64,000 bases of DNA from Solirubrobacterales bacterium (GTDB lineage: Bacteria > Actinomycetota > Thermoleophilia > Solirubrobacterales > 70-9). The DNA lies in contig DASULS010000008.1 of assembly GCA_036278095.1 (NCBI GenBank), positions 7,974-71,973 of the forward strand, written 5' to 3'. Positions 35,839 to 46,357 of the stretch are shown one piece after another. Both the position numbers and the translations under genes were made by a program. How positions within the stretch are numbered: position 1 is the first letter of the stretch; each line of letters opens with the position of its first letter. The notes beneath the pieces were generated by a model. It worked only from the letters and a program-made list of their open reading frames with translations, was not told the origin of the DNA and did not search any database.

Positions 35839-36936
35839 ATGACGAAGCCGCCTCGGATCACCGTCCTCGGGGTGGGCCTGATCGGGGGATCGATCGGGCT
35901 CGCCGCGCGGCGGCGCCTCGACGCCGAGGTGGTCGGCTACGGCCGCACCGCGGCGAACCTGGAGCGGGCGGTCGCGCTGGGGGCGCTCGACCGCGCCGCC
36001 GGCTCGCTCGCCGAGGCCTGCGAGGGCGCCGAGGTCGTCTTCTGCGCCGGCCCGGTGGCGGCGCTGCCGCAGCAGGCGCGCGAGGCGCTCGCGGCCTGCG
36101 GGCCCGAGGCGGTCGTCACCGACGTCGGCTCGACCAAGGGCGAGCTGGTGGCGGCGGTCGGCGACGACGAGCGCTTCATCGGCGGCCACCCGCTGGCGGG
36201 GGCGGAGACTGCCGGGGTCGAGAACGCCCGCGAGGACCTCTTCGAGGGCGCCCGCTGGTACCTGACCCCGACCGAGCGCTCCAGCGGCCTCCTCTACGAC
36301 CGCCTGCAGCGGCTGCTCTCTGCCCTGGGCGCGCGCCCCCAGGCGATCGACCCGGCCGGCCACGACCGCCTGATGGCGACGGTCAGCCACCTTCCCCACG
36401 TGCTCGCCAACGCGCTCGCCGCGGAGGCGGCGGAGTCGCTTACCCAGGGCTCCGAGCGGCTGCCCGACGTCGGCCCGAGCTTCCGCGACGCGACCCGCGT
36501 CGCCGGCTCCAACCCGGCGATCTGGGCCGACATCTTCGCCAGCAACCGCGAGGCGGTCGCCGCCTCGGTCGACTCGGTCGGGGCGCGGCTGCGCGAGGCG
36601 GCGGAGCTGATCCGCGCCGGTGACCTAGAGGCGCTCGCCGCCTGGCACGGGGCCGCCGGCGAGGCGCGCCGCCGCCTGCTCGAAGCCGAGTCGGAGGCGG
36701 GGCCGCTGCGCGAGCTGCGGATCGTCGTCGCCAACCAGCCGGGGACGATCGCCGAGCTGGCGCTGGCGCTGGGCGAGGCCGGCGTCAACATCGAGGACAT
36801 GGCGCTGCACCCGGCGCCCGACATGACCTCCGGCGCCGTCAGCCTCTGGGTCGCCGGCGACGAGGGCGCCGCCAGGGCGGCCGAGCTGGTGCGCGGTCTC
36901 GGCCACACCGTCACGCTGCTGGGCAGCGACGAATAG
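35839..36936 (+). CDS. tyrA: Prephenate dehydrogenase with C-terminal ACT domain
   Basis: ITVLGVGLIGGSIG NAD fold, GGHPLAG, and C-terminal LRIVVANQPGTIAELALALG (ACT-like). Confidence 0.85.
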   Translation: MTKPPRITVLGVGLIGGSIGLAARRRLDAEVVGYGRTAANLERAVALGALDRAAGSLAEACEGAEVVFCAGPVAALPQQAREALAACGPEAVVTDVGSTKGELVAAVGDDERFIGGHPLAGAETAGVENAREDLFEGARWYLTPTERSSGLLYDRLQRLLSALGARPQAIDPAGHDRLMATVSHLPHVLANALAAEAAESLTQGSERLPDVGPSFRDATRVAGSNPAIWADIFASNREAVAASVDSVGARLREAAELIRAGDLEALAAWHGAAGEARRRLLEAESEAGPLRELRIVVANQPGTIAELALALGEAGVNIEDMALHPAPDMTSGAVSLWVAGDEGAARAAELVRGLGHTVTLLGSDE

Positions 36937-36947
36937 GCTCGCGGGGA

Positions 36948-38240
36948 ATGACCCGCTTCGACCCCTCGAGACCCCTGCGCGGCGCGCTGCGGCCGCCGTC
37001 GGACAAGTCGATCTCCCACCGCGCGGCGCTGATCGCGGCGATGGGCGAAGGGGGGACGATGATCGAGGGCTACCTCGACGCCGCCGACACCCGCTCGACG
37101 CTGGCCGCGGTCGAGGCGCTCGGCGCCCGGGTGGAAGCCGGCGTGGACGGCTCGGTCTCCTCGCAGCTGCGGGTCCACGGCGTCGGCCTGCGCGGTGCCG
37201 AATCGGCCGACGTCGACGTCGGCAACGCCGGCACCCTGCTGCGGCTGCTGCCCGGCTGGCTGGCGGGGCAGGAGGGGGAGGACTGGGTCCTCGACGGCGA
37301 CGAGTCGATCCGCCGCCGCCCCGTCGACCGCATCGCCGTACCGCTGCGGCAGATGGGGGCGCGGTTGCGCTGCCGGGAGGATCGCCTGCCGCCGCTGGAG
37401 ATCGAAGGCGAGCCGCTGCGCGGGATCGCCTACGAGCTGCCGATCGCGAGCGCCCAGGTGAAGTCGTGCCTGCTCTTCGCCGGTTTGCTGGCCCACGGGG
37501 AGACGCGGGTGGTCGAGCCGCTGCCGAGCCGCGACCATACGGAGCGGATGCTCGCCGCCGCCGGCGCCTCGATCGCGCGCGAGGGCGACGCCGTCGTCGT
37601 CCAGCCCGCCGAGCGCCTGGAACCCGGCCCGATCACCGTCCCCGCCGACATCTCCTCGGCCGCCTTCTTCGTCGTCGCCACGCTTCTGGTCGGCGGCAGC
37701 GAGGTGGTGCTGGAGGAGGTCGGGGTCAACCCGACGCGGACGGGGTTGCTGGCGATCCTCGGGCGGATGGGCGCGGCGATCGAGGTCGAGGACGAGCGCG
37801 AGAGCAGCGGCGAGCCGGTCGCCTCGCTCCGCGTCCGCTCGGCGCCGCTGCGCGCCACCGAGGTCGGCGGCGCCGAGATCCCGCTGGCGATCGACGAGCT
37901 GCCGCTCGTCGCCCTCGCCGCCTGCTTCGCCGAGGGGACGACCGTGATCCGCGACGCCGAGGAGCTGAGGCGCAAGGAGTCCGACCGGATCGAGACCGTG
38001 ACCGCGGCGCTGTGCGCGCTCGGCGGCGCCGTCGAGTCGACCGCGGACGGGATGGTGGTCGAGGGGACCGGGGGTCTGCGCGGGGGCACGGTCGAGTCCC
38101 ACGGCGACCACCGGATCGCGATGCTCGGCGCCGTCGCCGGCCTTGCCTCGCGCGAGGGGGTCGAGGTGGTCGGGATGGACGCCGCGGCGGTCAGCTATCC
38201 CGGCTTCGAGGCCGACCTCGGCTCGCTGCTTAGGGCGTGA
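36948..38240 (+). CDS. aroA: 3-phosphoshikimate 1-carboxyvinyltransferase (EPSP synthase)
   Basis: PSDKSISHRA, VGNAGTLLRLL and LRRKESDRI motifs. Confidence 0.95.
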   Translation: MTRFDPSRPLRGALRPPSDKSISHRAALIAAMGEGGTMIEGYLDAADTRSTLAAVEALGARVEAGVDGSVSSQLRVHGVGLRGAESADVDVGNAGTLLRLLPGWLAGQEGEDWVLDGDESIRRRPVDRIAVPLRQMGARLRCREDRLPPLEIEGEPLRGIAYELPIASAQVKSCLLFAGLLAHGETRVVEPLPSRDHTERMLAAAGASIAREGDAVVVQPAERLEPGPITVPADISSAAFFVVATLLVGGSEVVLEEVGVNPTRTGLLAILGRMGAAIEVEDERESSGEPVASLRVRSAPLRATEVGGAEIPLAIDELPLVALAACFAEGTTVIRDAEELRRKESDRIETVTAALCALGGAVESTADGMVVEGTGGLRGGTVESHGDHRIAMLGAVAGLASREGVEVVGMDAAAVSYPGFEADLGSLLRA

Positions 38241-38241
38241 G

Positions 38242-39057
38242 GTGCGCGGCGCCGACCTCGAGGTGGAGCGCCTGGGGGAGGGGCCGCCGGTCCTCTTCGT
38301 CCCCGGCAGCGTCGTCGGAGCGGAGCTGACCTGGCGCCGCCAGCGCGCGCTCGCCGGGCGCTGGACGCTGATCTTCCCCAACCGGCCCGGCTTCGGCGCC
38401 AGTCCGCCGCTGCCGCGCAACGACTTCGAGGCCGAAGCGCCGCTGTTCGCCGAGCTGCTCGGCGACGGCGCCCACCTCGTCGGCCACTCCTACGGCGCGG
38501 TGATCGCCCTCTACGCGGCGGCGCTGCGCCCCGAGGCGGTGCTCTCGCTGACCGTCTCGGAGCCGGGCACCCTGCAGCTGGCGGGGACGCCCGAGGCGGC
38601 GGAGATGATCGCCAACGGCGAGCGTCTCTACGCGGCGGCCGACTCGATCGCGCCGCTCGACTTCGTCCGCATGTTCCGCTTCGGCGCCAACTCCGCCCGT
38701 GAGACGCCGAGCGAGCTGCCCGAGCCGCTGCGCCGCGGGGCCGAGCTGGCGATGCGCGAGCGCCCGCCCTGGGAGGGCGAGGTCCCGCTCGAGCGCCTCG
38801 CCGCGGCGGGCATCCCGGCGCTGGTCGTCTCCGGCGGCCACTCGCCGGTCTTCGAGGCCGTCTGCGACCGCCTCGCCGAGGCGCTGGGAGCGGAGCGGGA
38901 GACGATCGAAGGCAAGGGCCATAGCGTCCCCGAGACCGGCGACCCCTACAACCAACTCCTGAAGCGGTTCCTAGCCTCGCACGATCACGGCGCCGCCAGC
39001 GGAGCATCGTTTCCACCTTTGTCCTCGTTATGGCGAGGAAAAGGGTGGAAACGATGA
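38242..39057 (+). CDS. Alpha/beta hydrolase (Ser nucleophile GHSYG)
   Basis: GTG 38242, just after the aroA stop. The GHSYG elbow is present. The last 17 codons are encoded by the 55-nt hairpin module. Confidence 0.7.
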   Translation: MRGADLEVERLGEGPPVLFVPGSVVGAELTWRRQRALAGRWTLIFPNRPGFGASPPLPRNDFEAEAPLFAELLGDGAHLVGHSYGAVIALYAAALRPEAVLSLTVSEPGTLQLAGTPEAAEMIANGERLYAAADSIAPLDFVRMFRFGANSARETPSELPEPLRRGAELAMRERPPWEGEVPLERLAAAGIPALVVSGGHSPVFEAVCDRLAEALGAERETIEGKGHSVPETGDPYNQLLKRFLASHDHGAASGASFPPLSSLWRGKGWKR

Positions 39058-39058
39058 G
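39004..39058 (+). repeat. 55-nt hairpin module, copy 1 (ATG in loop)
   Basis: 51 of 55 nt identical to 42373-42427. Stem 39005-39027 pairs with 39034-39056. Loop TTATGG carries the ATG at 39030. Confidence 0.85.
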
Positions 39059-39713
39059 CAAATACGCTGCCGCCATGGTGATCGCGATCGACGGCCCGGC
39101 CGGGGCCGGCAAGTCCTCGGTGGCGCGCGCCGTCGCCGCCGAGCTCGGCTTCACCTATCTCGACTCGGGGGCGATGTACCGCTGCGTCGCCCTGGTGGCG
39201 CTGGAGCGGGGGATCGACCTCGACGACGGCAAGGCGCTGGGCGAGCTGGCCGAGGGGCTGGAGATCGGCTTCGACGGCCGCCGCGTCTTCATCGGCGAGC
39301 GCGAGGTAGGCGACGAGATCCGCACCCCCGCGGTCAGCGCCGCCGCGTCGCGGGTCTCGGTCCACCAGCGCGTGCGCGCGGCGATGGTCGCCCGCCAGCG
39401 GCAGCTGATCGCCGCCGGTCGCTACGTCGCCGAGGGCCGCGACATCGGCACCGCGGTCAGCCCCGAGGCGCCGCTGAAGGTCTTCCTCACCGCCTCCGAC
39501 GAGGAGCGGGCGCGCCGCCGCGCGGCGGAGACGGGCGAGCCGGTGGCGGAGGTGCTCGCCGCCCAGCAGCGCCGCGACGCCAGCGACACCGAGCGCGAGC
39601 ACGGCGCCCTGCGCGCCGCCGACGACGCGGTCGAGCTGGACACGACCGGGCTCTCGCTCTTGGAGGTCGTCGCTCGGGTGGTTTCCCTGGCCCGCGAACG
39701 GGGGCCCGCGTGA
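39054..39713 (+). CDS. cmk: Cytidylate kinase
   Basis: [14 protein letters not shown]-loop. ATG 39054 overlaps the hydrolase stop (ATGA). An in-frame alternative ATG at 39030 lies in the hairpin loop. Confidence 0.9.
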   Translation: MSKYAAAMVIAIDGPAGAGKSSVARAVAAELGFTYLDSGAMYRCVALVALERGIDLDDGKALGELAEGLEIGFDGRRVFIGEREVGDEIRTPAVSAAASRVSVHQRVRAAMVARQRQLIAAGRYVAEGRDIGTAVSPEAPLKVFLTASDEERARRRAAETGEPVAEVLAAQQRRDASDTEREHGALRAADDAVELDTTGLSLLEVVARVVSLARERGPA

Positions 39714-41026
39714 GCCTGCCCACCGTCGCCGTCGTCGGCTTCCCCAACGTCGGTAAGAGCACCCTCGTCAACCGGCTGGTCGGCGGCACCGAGGCGGTCA
39801 CCTCGCCCGAGCCCGGCGTCACCCGCGACCGCAAGCGGCTCGCCACCGAATGGAACGGAGTCGCCTTCGAGCTGGTCGACACCGGCGGCATCGACCTCGG
39901 CGACGAGGCCGAGCTGGCCCGCGACGTGCAGGCGCAGGCGCGGGTGGCGATCGCCGAAGCCGACGCGATCCTGCTGGTCGTCGACGGCCGCGCCGGGCTG
40001 CGTGGCGGCGACGCCGAGCTGGCGAAGACGCTGCGCGGCGGCGCGGTGCCGGTGATCGTCGTCGTCAACAAGGCCGACCGGCCGAACGACTACGGCATCG
40101 CCGCCGAGTTCCACGCGCTGGGGCTGGGCGAGCCGCTGGCGGTCTCCGCCACCCATGGGCTCGGCACCGGCGACCTGCTCGACGCGACCGTCGCCGCGCT
40201 CGGCGAGCGCGAGCCGCAGGCGGAGGCCGACGAGGCGGTCCGGGTCGCGGTGATCGGCCGCCCCAACGTCGGCAAGTCCTCGCTCGTCAACGCCTTCCTC
40301 GGCTCCGAGCGGGTGATCGTCTCCGACATCGCCGGCACCACTCGCGACGCGATCGACACCAGGCTCGAGGTCGACGGCCGCCCGGTCGTCCTCGTCGACA
40401 CGGCCGGCCTGCGCCGCCGCTCGAAGGTGGCCGGCACGGTCGACTACTACGCGCAGCTGCGCAGCGAACGGGCGGTCGAGCGAGCCGACGTGGCGATCGT
40501 CGTCTGCGACGCCTCCGAGGGGGTGACCTCCGAGGACCTGCGGGTGGCGGAGATGGCGATGAAGGCCGGTTGCGCCAGCCTGCTGGCGATGAACAAGTGG
40601 GACGTCACCGAGACCGACATCGACGATGCCCGCGCCCGGGTCGAGCGCAAACTGCGGCTGCGCCCGGCGGTGATCACGATCTCGGCGACCCGCGGGCGCA
40701 ACGTCAACACCCTGCTGCCGCGGGCGCTGGAACTTGCCGACCGGGCCGGGGAGCGGATCCCGACGCCGGAGCTGAACCGCTTCGTCAGCGACGTCGTCGC
40801 GAAGAACCCGCCGCCGGCCCGGCGCGGCCGCCGCCTCCGCCTCTTCTACGCGGCGCAGGTGGGAGAGCGGCCGCCGCGGATCGCGATCCAGGTCAACGAC
40901 CGCAAGCTGATCACCCGCGACTGGGCCTACCACCTGGAGAACCGGATGCGCGAGACCTATGGCCTGGAGGGGGTGCCGCTGGTGATCGACTTCGTCCCGC
41001 GCTCGGGCTACCGAGGGCGCGAGTGA
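39710..41026 (+). CDS. der: Ribosome-associated GTPase Der (EngA)
   Basis: Two GTPase domains: [13 protein letters not shown] and [17 protein letters not shown]. Confidence 0.95.
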   Translation: MSLPTVAVVGFPNVGKSTLVNRLVGGTEAVTSPEPGVTRDRKRLATEWNGVAFELVDTGGIDLGDEAELARDVQAQARVAIAEADAILLVVDGRAGLRGGDAELAKTLRGGAVPVIVVVNKADRPNDYGIAAEFHALGLGEPLAVSATHGLGTGDLLDATVAALGEREPQAEADEAVRVAVIGRPNVGKSSLVNAFLGSERVIVSDIAGTTRDAIDTRLEVDGRPVVLVDTAGLRRRSKVAGTVDYYAQLRSERAVERADVAIVVCDASEGVTSEDLRVAEMAMKAGCASLLAMNKWDVTETDIDDARARVERKLRLRPAVITISATRGRNVNTLLPRALELADRAGERIPTPELNRFVSDVVAKNPPPARRGRRLRLFYAAQVGERPPRIAIQVNDRKLITRDWAYHLENRMRETYGLEGVPLVIDFVPRSGYRGRE

Positions 41027-41067
41027 CACCGGGCGTCTTCGGTCGATCTTCCTTTACTCTTCCGCCC

Positions 41068-42318
41068 ATGCCAACTTCCAAGCCGCTCGCCGAGGGCGAG
41101 TACCTCTTCACGTCGGAGTCAGTCACCGAGGGACACCCGGACAAGGTCGCCGACGCGATCTCCGACGGGGTGCTCGACGCGATCATGGCCGAAGACCCGG
41201 GCGGCCGGGTCGCCTGCGAGACCCTGGTCAACACTGGCATGGCGGTCGTCTCCGGTGAGATCTCCACCGACGTCCACCTCAACATCCCCGAGATCGTGCG
41301 CGAGACGGTGCGCGGGATCGGCTACGACCACGGCGACTACGGCTACCACTGCGACCACATCTCGGTCCTCACCTCGATCGACAAGCAGTCGCCCGACATC
41401 GCCCAGGGCGTCGACCGCGCTTACGAGACGCGGGTCGACCCCGCCGACGACGACGAGCTCGACGTCGCCGGCGCCGGCGACCAGGGGATGATGTTCGGCT
41501 ACGCCAGCGACGAGACCGAGGCGCTGATGCCGATGCCGATCCACCTCGCCCACCGGCTCGCAGAACGGCTGGCAGCGGTGCGCAAGGACGGCAGCCTTGA
41601 CTACCTCGGCCCTGACGGCAAGACCCAGGTCACCGTCCGCTACGCGTATGGTCGCCCCGTCTCGGTCGAGAAGCTGCTGATCTCGACCCAGCACGAAGAG
41701 GGAATCGACTCCCAGAGCCAGATCAAGCCGGAGCTATGGGAGGGCGTCGTGTTGCCGGTCCTGGAGGCCGAGGTCCCCGATCGCTTCGACGCAAACGCGC
41801 TTCAAGAGCAGTTCCTCGTCAACCCGACCGGCAAGTTCGTGATCGGCGGCCCGGTCGGCGACGCGGGTCTCACCGGCCGCAAGATCATCGTCGACACCTA
41901 CGGCGGCATGGCCCGCCACGGCGGCGGCGCCTTCTCCGGCAAGGACCCGTCCAAGGTCGACCGCTCAGCCGCATACGCCGCCCGCCACGTGGCGAAGAAC
42001 GTCGTCGCCGCCGGGCTGGCGCAGCGCTGCGAGGTCCAGGTCGCCTACGCGATCGGCGTCGCCCACCCGGTCTCGCTGATGGTCGAGACCTTCGGCACCG
42101 GCAAGCTGCCCGACTCGAAGATCTCGCAGCTGGTCGAAGCCGAGTTCGACATGCGCCCCGGCGCCTTCCGCGAGTACCTCGACCTCCATCGCCCGATCTT
42201 CCAGAAGACCGCCGCCTACGGCCACTTCGGCCGCGAGGACGACGACTTCACCTGGGAGCGCACCGACCGCGCCGACGCCCTCCGCACCGCCGCCGGCGCC
42301 GAAGCCGCCGCCGCGTAG
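41068..42318 (+). CDS. metK: S-adenosylmethionine synthetase
   Basis: [24 protein letters not shown] and [19 protein letters not shown] motifs. Confidence 0.97.
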   Translation: MPTSKPLAEGEYLFTSESVTEGHPDKVADAISDGVLDAIMAEDPGGRVACETLVNTGMAVVSGEISTDVHLNIPEIVRETVRGIGYDHGDYGYHCDHISVLTSIDKQSPDIAQGVDRAYETRVDPADDDELDVAGAGDQGMMFGYASDETEALMPMPIHLAHRLAERLAAVRKDGSLDYLGPDGKTQVTVRYAYGRPVSVEKLLISTQHEEGIDSQSQIKPELWEGVVLPVLEAEVPDRFDANALQEQFLVNPTGKFVIGGPVGDAGLTGRKIIVDTYGGMARHGGGAFSGKDPSKVDRSAAYAARHVAKNVVAAGLAQRCEVQVAYAIGVAHPVSLMVETFGTGKLPDSKISQLVEAEFDMRPGAFREYLDLHRPIFQKTAAYGHFGREDDDFTWERTDRADALRTAAGAEAAAA

Positions 42319-42372
42319 TCCCGCAAAACGCGGCAGTAACTCAACCCCCTCCAAAGCGCAGGGGGAAGAGCT

Positions 42373-42427
42373 GCATCGTTTCCACCCTTGTCCTCGTTAT
42401 GGCGAGGAGAAAGGTGGAAACGAGGAG
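42373..42427 (+). repeat. 55-nt hairpin module, copy 2 (ATG in loop is the start of DUF559 paralogue 2)
   Basis: 51 of 55 nt identical to 39004-39058. Loop ATG at 42399. Confidence 0.85.
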
Positions 42428-43349
42428 TCGGTTGGCGTGGGAGCTGGCGGGAAGGCAGCATGGAGTGGTGGGGCGGGCGCAGCTGTTGGGGCTGGGATTT
42501 ACGAAGAGCGGGATCGAGCATCGGCTGAAGAAGGGACGGCTCCACCGGGTCTCCGACGGCGTCTACCTGGTGGGGTGGGCGCGGCTCACTCGCGAGCGCC
42601 GTTGGATGGCGGCGGTGCTTGCCTGCGGAGACGGGGCGATGCTCAGCCATCGCAGCGCCGCAGCGCTCTGGGGATTCGGCAAGGAGCGGAAGGGAGTGAT
42701 CGACGTCAGCGTTCGCCGTCATTGCAAGGTGCGGCGGGTGGGAATCCACGTGCGCGATCGTCCCGGTCTCCGGAACCGCGATGTCGGCACGCGCCTCGAC
42801 ATCCCCGTTACCCAGCCCGTCCGCACCTTCCTCGACATCGCGACGGAACTGCCCGACAACGAGGTCGAGCGGGCGGTCAACGCGGCGGACAAGTGCGACG
42901 TGATCGATCCGGACCGGCTACGCCGGGCGCTTGGGGATCATCCTGGTGAGCCTGGTATCCGCCGCCTCCGCCGCGTGCTCGACGAGCACACCTTCCGCCT
43001 CTCCGACGACGAACTGGAACTCCTCTTCCGGCCGATCGCTGCTGCCGCCGGCCTACCGACCCCGCTCACGAAACAGCGCGTCAACAAGTTCGAGGTCGAC
43101 TTCTTCTGGCCCGACCTCGCCCTCGTCGTCGAGACCGATGGCTGGCGCTACCACCGCACGCCCTCGGCCCAGACCCGCGACGCGCTCCGCTTCCAGCGCC
43201 ATACCGCCGCCGGACTGACGCCCCTGCGCTTCTCCCACTACCAGGTCAAGTACGAACCCCGCCACGTCCGCCAGATCCTCGAACAGACCGCGGCGAACTT
43301 ATTGAGCCGGCGGTTGAGCTTCGCCGAGCCCGTGTTCGCCGGCGGCTGA
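42399..43349 (+). CDS. AbiEi-like wHTH + DUF559 protein, paralogue 2
   Basis: QHGVVGRAQLLGLG, GRLHRVSDGVY, RWMAAVLACGDGAMLSHRSAAALWG and EVDFFWPDLALVVETDGWRYH blocks. Its 3' end overlaps the convergent PH-domain gene by 51 nt. Confidence 0.8.
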   Translation: MARRKVETRSRLAWELAGRQHGVVGRAQLLGLGFTKSGIEHRLKKGRLHRVSDGVYLVGWARLTRERRWMAAVLACGDGAMLSHRSAAALWGFGKERKGVIDVSVRRHCKVRRVGIHVRDRPGLRNRDVGTRLDIPVTQPVRTFLDIATELPDNEVERAVNAADKCDVIDPDRLRRALGDHPGEPGIRRLRRVLDEHTFRLSDDELELLFRPIAAAAGLPTPLTKQRVNKFEVDFFWPDLALVVETDGWRYHRTPSAQTRDALRFQRHTAAGLTPLRFSHYQVKYEPRHVRQILEQTAANLLSRRLSFAEPVFAGG

Positions 43350-43814
43350 GACGCCCGTCGCCCGGTCCACGGACTGGACGACGTCGCCCGGGTCGGCTAC
43401 CCCGGCGAAGACGAAGTTGTAGTCGTCGGTCGCGGCCGTGTCGAAGTCGACGTCGCCGATCTGCATCAGGCGCTGGTAGACGCTCTGGCGGTAGTTGACG
43501 TTCTGGACCCGCTCCAGGCGCGTCTCCTGGATCTCCCGCGAGATGATCCCGCGCTTGATGTTGAGGCGGTGGTTGGTGATCGTGTAGGTCGTCGCCACCC
43601 GTTTGACGAAGCCGACGAGGATCGTGATCGCGAGGACGACGAGGATCACCACGAAGGCGCTGCCGTTGCCGTCGACCAGCTTCGCGATCACGCCGAGGAT
43701 CACCGCGATCAGCAGCCCTTTGAGGTAGAAGCCGAGGATCGCGCGCCAGGAGGGGTGGCCCTGGAAGATCACCTGCTCTCCTGGCCTGAGGTTGAAGCTC
43801 ACGGGCGCCAGCAT
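43299..43814 (-). CDS. Membrane protein with bacterial PH (YdbS/YdbT-like) domain
   Basis: ATG 43814 is preceded by a GGGGGACGAGGG SD-like run. Two TM helices, then ATTYTITNHRLNIKRGIISRE. Confidence 0.7.
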   Translation of the reverse strand: MLAPVSFNLRPGEQVIFQGHPSWRAILGFYLKGLLIAVILGVIAKLVDGNGSAFVVILVVLAITILVGFVKRVATTYTITNHRLNIKRGIISREIQETRLERVQNVNYRQSVYQRLMQIGDVDFDTAATDDYNFVFAGVADPGDVVQSVDRATGVSAAGEHGLGEAQPPAQ

Positions 43815-43849
43815 AAGCCCTCGTCCCCCGGCACGCATAACCTCAGCCG

Positions 43850-46045
43850 GTGGCGATCCTCCGCGTCGAGCCGCTGACCACCGCCCGCGCTCTGCGTGGC
43901 CCCTTCGACTACCGCCGGCCGGAGGCGATGGCGGATCTCGGCGTCGGCAGCGTTGTCCGCGTCCCCTTCGGGCCGCGCCGCATCCTCGGCGTCGTCGTCG
44001 AGGTCGCCGAGGCCTCCGAGCTGCCGCCGGAGCGGCTCGCCGAGCCGCTTGAGGCGCTGGAGGCAGGGGCGACGCCGGAGCTGGTCCGGCTCGGCCTCTG
44101 GGTCGCCCGCGAGTATTGCTCGACCCCCTCGCGCGGCCTGCAGCTGGTGCTGCCGCCGGGGACCGGGACCGGCAGCAAAGGCCGCACGGTGCGGGCGAAG
44201 ACCGAGCTGCGCGCCACGATCCTCCCGGCCGGGGAGGCTGCCCTGGCCGGCGGCGAGCGGCTGGGGACGAAACAGCGGGCGGCGCTCGACGCGCTCCGCT
44301 CGGGCGAGATGTCGGCCGGCGAGCTGGCGACCGCGGTCGGCGCCGACCACCAGACCCTGCGCCGGCTCGAGGGGCGCGGCCTCATCGCCACCCGCACCGC
44401 GACCGTCCGCCGCATCCCCGGCGAGCCGGGCCTCTCGGGAGCGGCGGAGCGCCCCCAGTTCCTGCCCGAGCAGGAGGAGGCGGTCGCGGCGCTTGTCGCC
44501 GCCCTCGACGGCGAGGCCGGCTCCCCGCGTCAGCTGCTCCTCCACGGCGTCACCGGCTCCGGCAAGACCGAGGTCTACCTGGCTGCCGTCGAGGCGGCGC
44601 TGGAGCGGGGGAAGGGGGCGATCGTCCTCGTCCCCGAGATCGGCCTCGCCCCGCAGGCGGTCGCCCGCTTCCGCGCCCGCCTCGGCGACCGCTTCGCCGT
44701 GCTGCACTCGGCCCTCTCCGCCGGCGAGCGCTACGACGAGTGGCGGCGCCTGCGCGACGGCGAGGCGAGCGTCTGCGTCGGCCCCCGCTCCGCCGTCTTC
44801 GCCCCCGTCCGCGACCTCGGCCTGATCGTGATCGACGAGGAGCACGACCCCTCCTACAAGCAGGAGGGCGACCCCACCTACGACGCCCGCGCCGTCGCCC
44901 GCAAGCGCGCCGCCGAGAGCGGCGCCGTCCTCGTCGCCGGGACCGCGACGCCGCGCCCGGAGAGCTGGCTGGAGCTGCCGCGCCTGGAGCTGCCGCGCCG
45001 GGTCGACGGCCGCCGGATGCCGCCGGTCCACCTGGTCGACATGCGCGAGGCCGACCCGCGCAGCGGGCCGGTCCACGCCGAGACCTGGGAGGCGCTGGAG
45101 GAGGTCCGCGCCGCCGGCGCCAAGGCGATCGTGATGATCAACCGCCGCGGCTTCGCCCCCTGGCTCACCTGCCGCTCCTGCGGCCACCACTGGAGCTGCC
45201 CCAACTGCGACGTCTCGCTGATCGTCCACCGCCACAGCGGCCGCCTCGTCTGCCACCACTGCGCCCACGCCGAGCCGCAGCCGCGCGCCTGCCCCGAGTG
45301 TGGCTCGACCACGCTCGCCCAGGCCGGTGCCGGGACCGAGCGGATCGAGCGGCTGCTGGCCGAGCGCCTCGACCCGATGCCGGTCCTGCGCCTCGACTCC
45401 GACACCGCCGCCGAGCGCGGCGCCCACGCCCGCATCCTCGCCCGCTTCGACGAGACCCCGAGCGCCGTCCTCGTCGGCACCCAGATGGTCGCCAAGGGCC
45501 ACGACTTCCCCGAGGTGACGCTGAGCGCGATCCTCGACGCCGACGCGACCCTGCGCTTCCCCGACTTCCGCGCCGAGGAGCGGACCTTCGCGATGGTCGC
45601 CCAGCTCGCCGGCCGCTCGGGACGCGGCGAGGCAGGGGGAGAGGTGATCGTCCAGACCCTGGCCCCGAACGCCTCCAGCATCGAGCACGCCGCCCGCCAC
45701 GACTCCGCCGGCTTCCTCGAGGTCGAGCTGGGGCGCCGCGAGGCGCTGCGCTACCCGCCCTTCTCGCACCTGACCCGGATCAACTTCGCCGCCGAGCAGG
45801 AGGCGAGGCTCGAAGACGCCGCCGCGGGCGTGGCCGGCGAGCTGCGGCGGGCGCTGCCGCCGGAGTCGGAGCTGCTGGGGCCGGCGCCGATGTTCCGGGT
45901 GCGGAACCGGTATCGGCGGCGGGTCATGATCAAGGCGCAGGATCGTGAGGGGGCGATTTTGGCCGTTCGCGAGGTGGTGGAACGTCGGGTTGCGGATCGG
46001 TCGCTCAAGGACGTGGCGATCGGGGTGGACGTGGATCCGCAGTAG
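43850..46045 (+). CDS. priA: Primosomal protein N' (PriA helicase)
   Basis: GTG start. Walker A GVTGSGKTEVY, DEEHD, and the Cys-rich zinc region CRSCGHHWSCPNC...CHHC...CPECGS. Confidence 0.95.
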   Translation: MAILRVEPLTTARALRGPFDYRRPEAMADLGVGSVVRVPFGPRRILGVVVEVAEASELPPERLAEPLEALEAGATPELVRLGLWVAREYCSTPSRGLQLVLPPGTGTGSKGRTVRAKTELRATILPAGEAALAGGERLGTKQRAALDALRSGEMSAGELATAVGADHQTLRRLEGRGLIATRTATVRRIPGEPGLSGAAERPQFLPEQEEAVAALVAALDGEAGSPRQLLLHGVTGSGKTEVYLAAVEAALERGKGAIVLVPEIGLAPQAVARFRARLGDRFAVLHSALSAGERYDEWRRLRDGEASVCVGPRSAVFAPVRDLGLIVIDEEHDPSYKQEGDPTYDARAVARKRAAESGAVLVAGTATPRPESWLELPRLELPRRVDGRRMPPVHLVDMREADPRSGPVHAETWEALEEVRAAGAKAIVMINRRGFAPWLTCRSCGHHWSCPNCDVSLIVHRHSGRLVCHHCAHAEPQPRACPECGSTTLAQAGAGTERIERLLAERLDPMPVLRLDSDTAAERGAHARILARFDETPSAVLVGTQMVAKGHDFPEVTLSAILDADATLRFPDFRAEERTFAMVAQLAGRSGRGEAGGEVIVQTLAPNASSIEHAARHDSAGFLEVELGRREALRYPPFSHLTRINFAAEQEARLEDAAAGVAGELRRALPPESELLGPAPMFRVRNRYRRRVMIKAQDREGAILAVREVVERRVADRSLKDVAIGVDVDPQ

Positions 46046-46055
46046 CGCAGGGTGG

Positions 46056-46127
46056 GGAGGGGTCGGGTACCCCTCTCAACACGCGCTTCGCGCTGGGAGT
46101 GTTTTGAGAGAGGTACCCGACCCCTCC
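46056..46127. repeat. Palindromic element: 24-nt arms with 23 matches, 24-nt loop
   Basis: GGAGGGGTCGGGTACCCCTCTCAA pairs with TTGAGAGAGGTACCCGACCCCTCC. Its right half resembles the right half of the 5545-5619 element. Confidence 0.9.
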
Positions 46128-46129
46128 TA

Positions 46130-46309
46130 CCGGAGCCGCTTTGCGAGCGCGTCGGCCAGGGCAGCGGTGGCTGGGGGGTGGCTGGTGAGGTAGAGGTTGG
46201 ACTCGGAAGTCGCCCTCCGCTGGGCCTTGCATAGAAGCCCAAGGCGAGCGGCAAGCGTCGCGGCGTCGTTCCAGTGGCGATGGCGATTCTGGGTCGTGGC
46301 ACGGTTACT
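46130..46309 (-). pseudogene. Start-less 60-codon open frame, possible remnant of a DUF559-type gene tail (weak)
   Basis: Hand translation gives SNRATTQNRHRHWNDAATLAARLG...LYLTSHPPATAALADALAKRLR*. The tail resembles ...AAAIADAIASRIS* of paralogue 1. There is no ATG/GTG/TTG in frame, and the stop overlaps the palindrome arm. Confidence 0.2.
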
Positions 46310-46357
46310 TCACGCAGGAAGTATCAGAACGGAGGAGACACTTAGACTCAGCTTTCG

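Noticed and set aside
41027-41067. SAM riboswitch upstream of metK
   Set aside because: The 41-nt gap cannot hold any known SAM aptamer.
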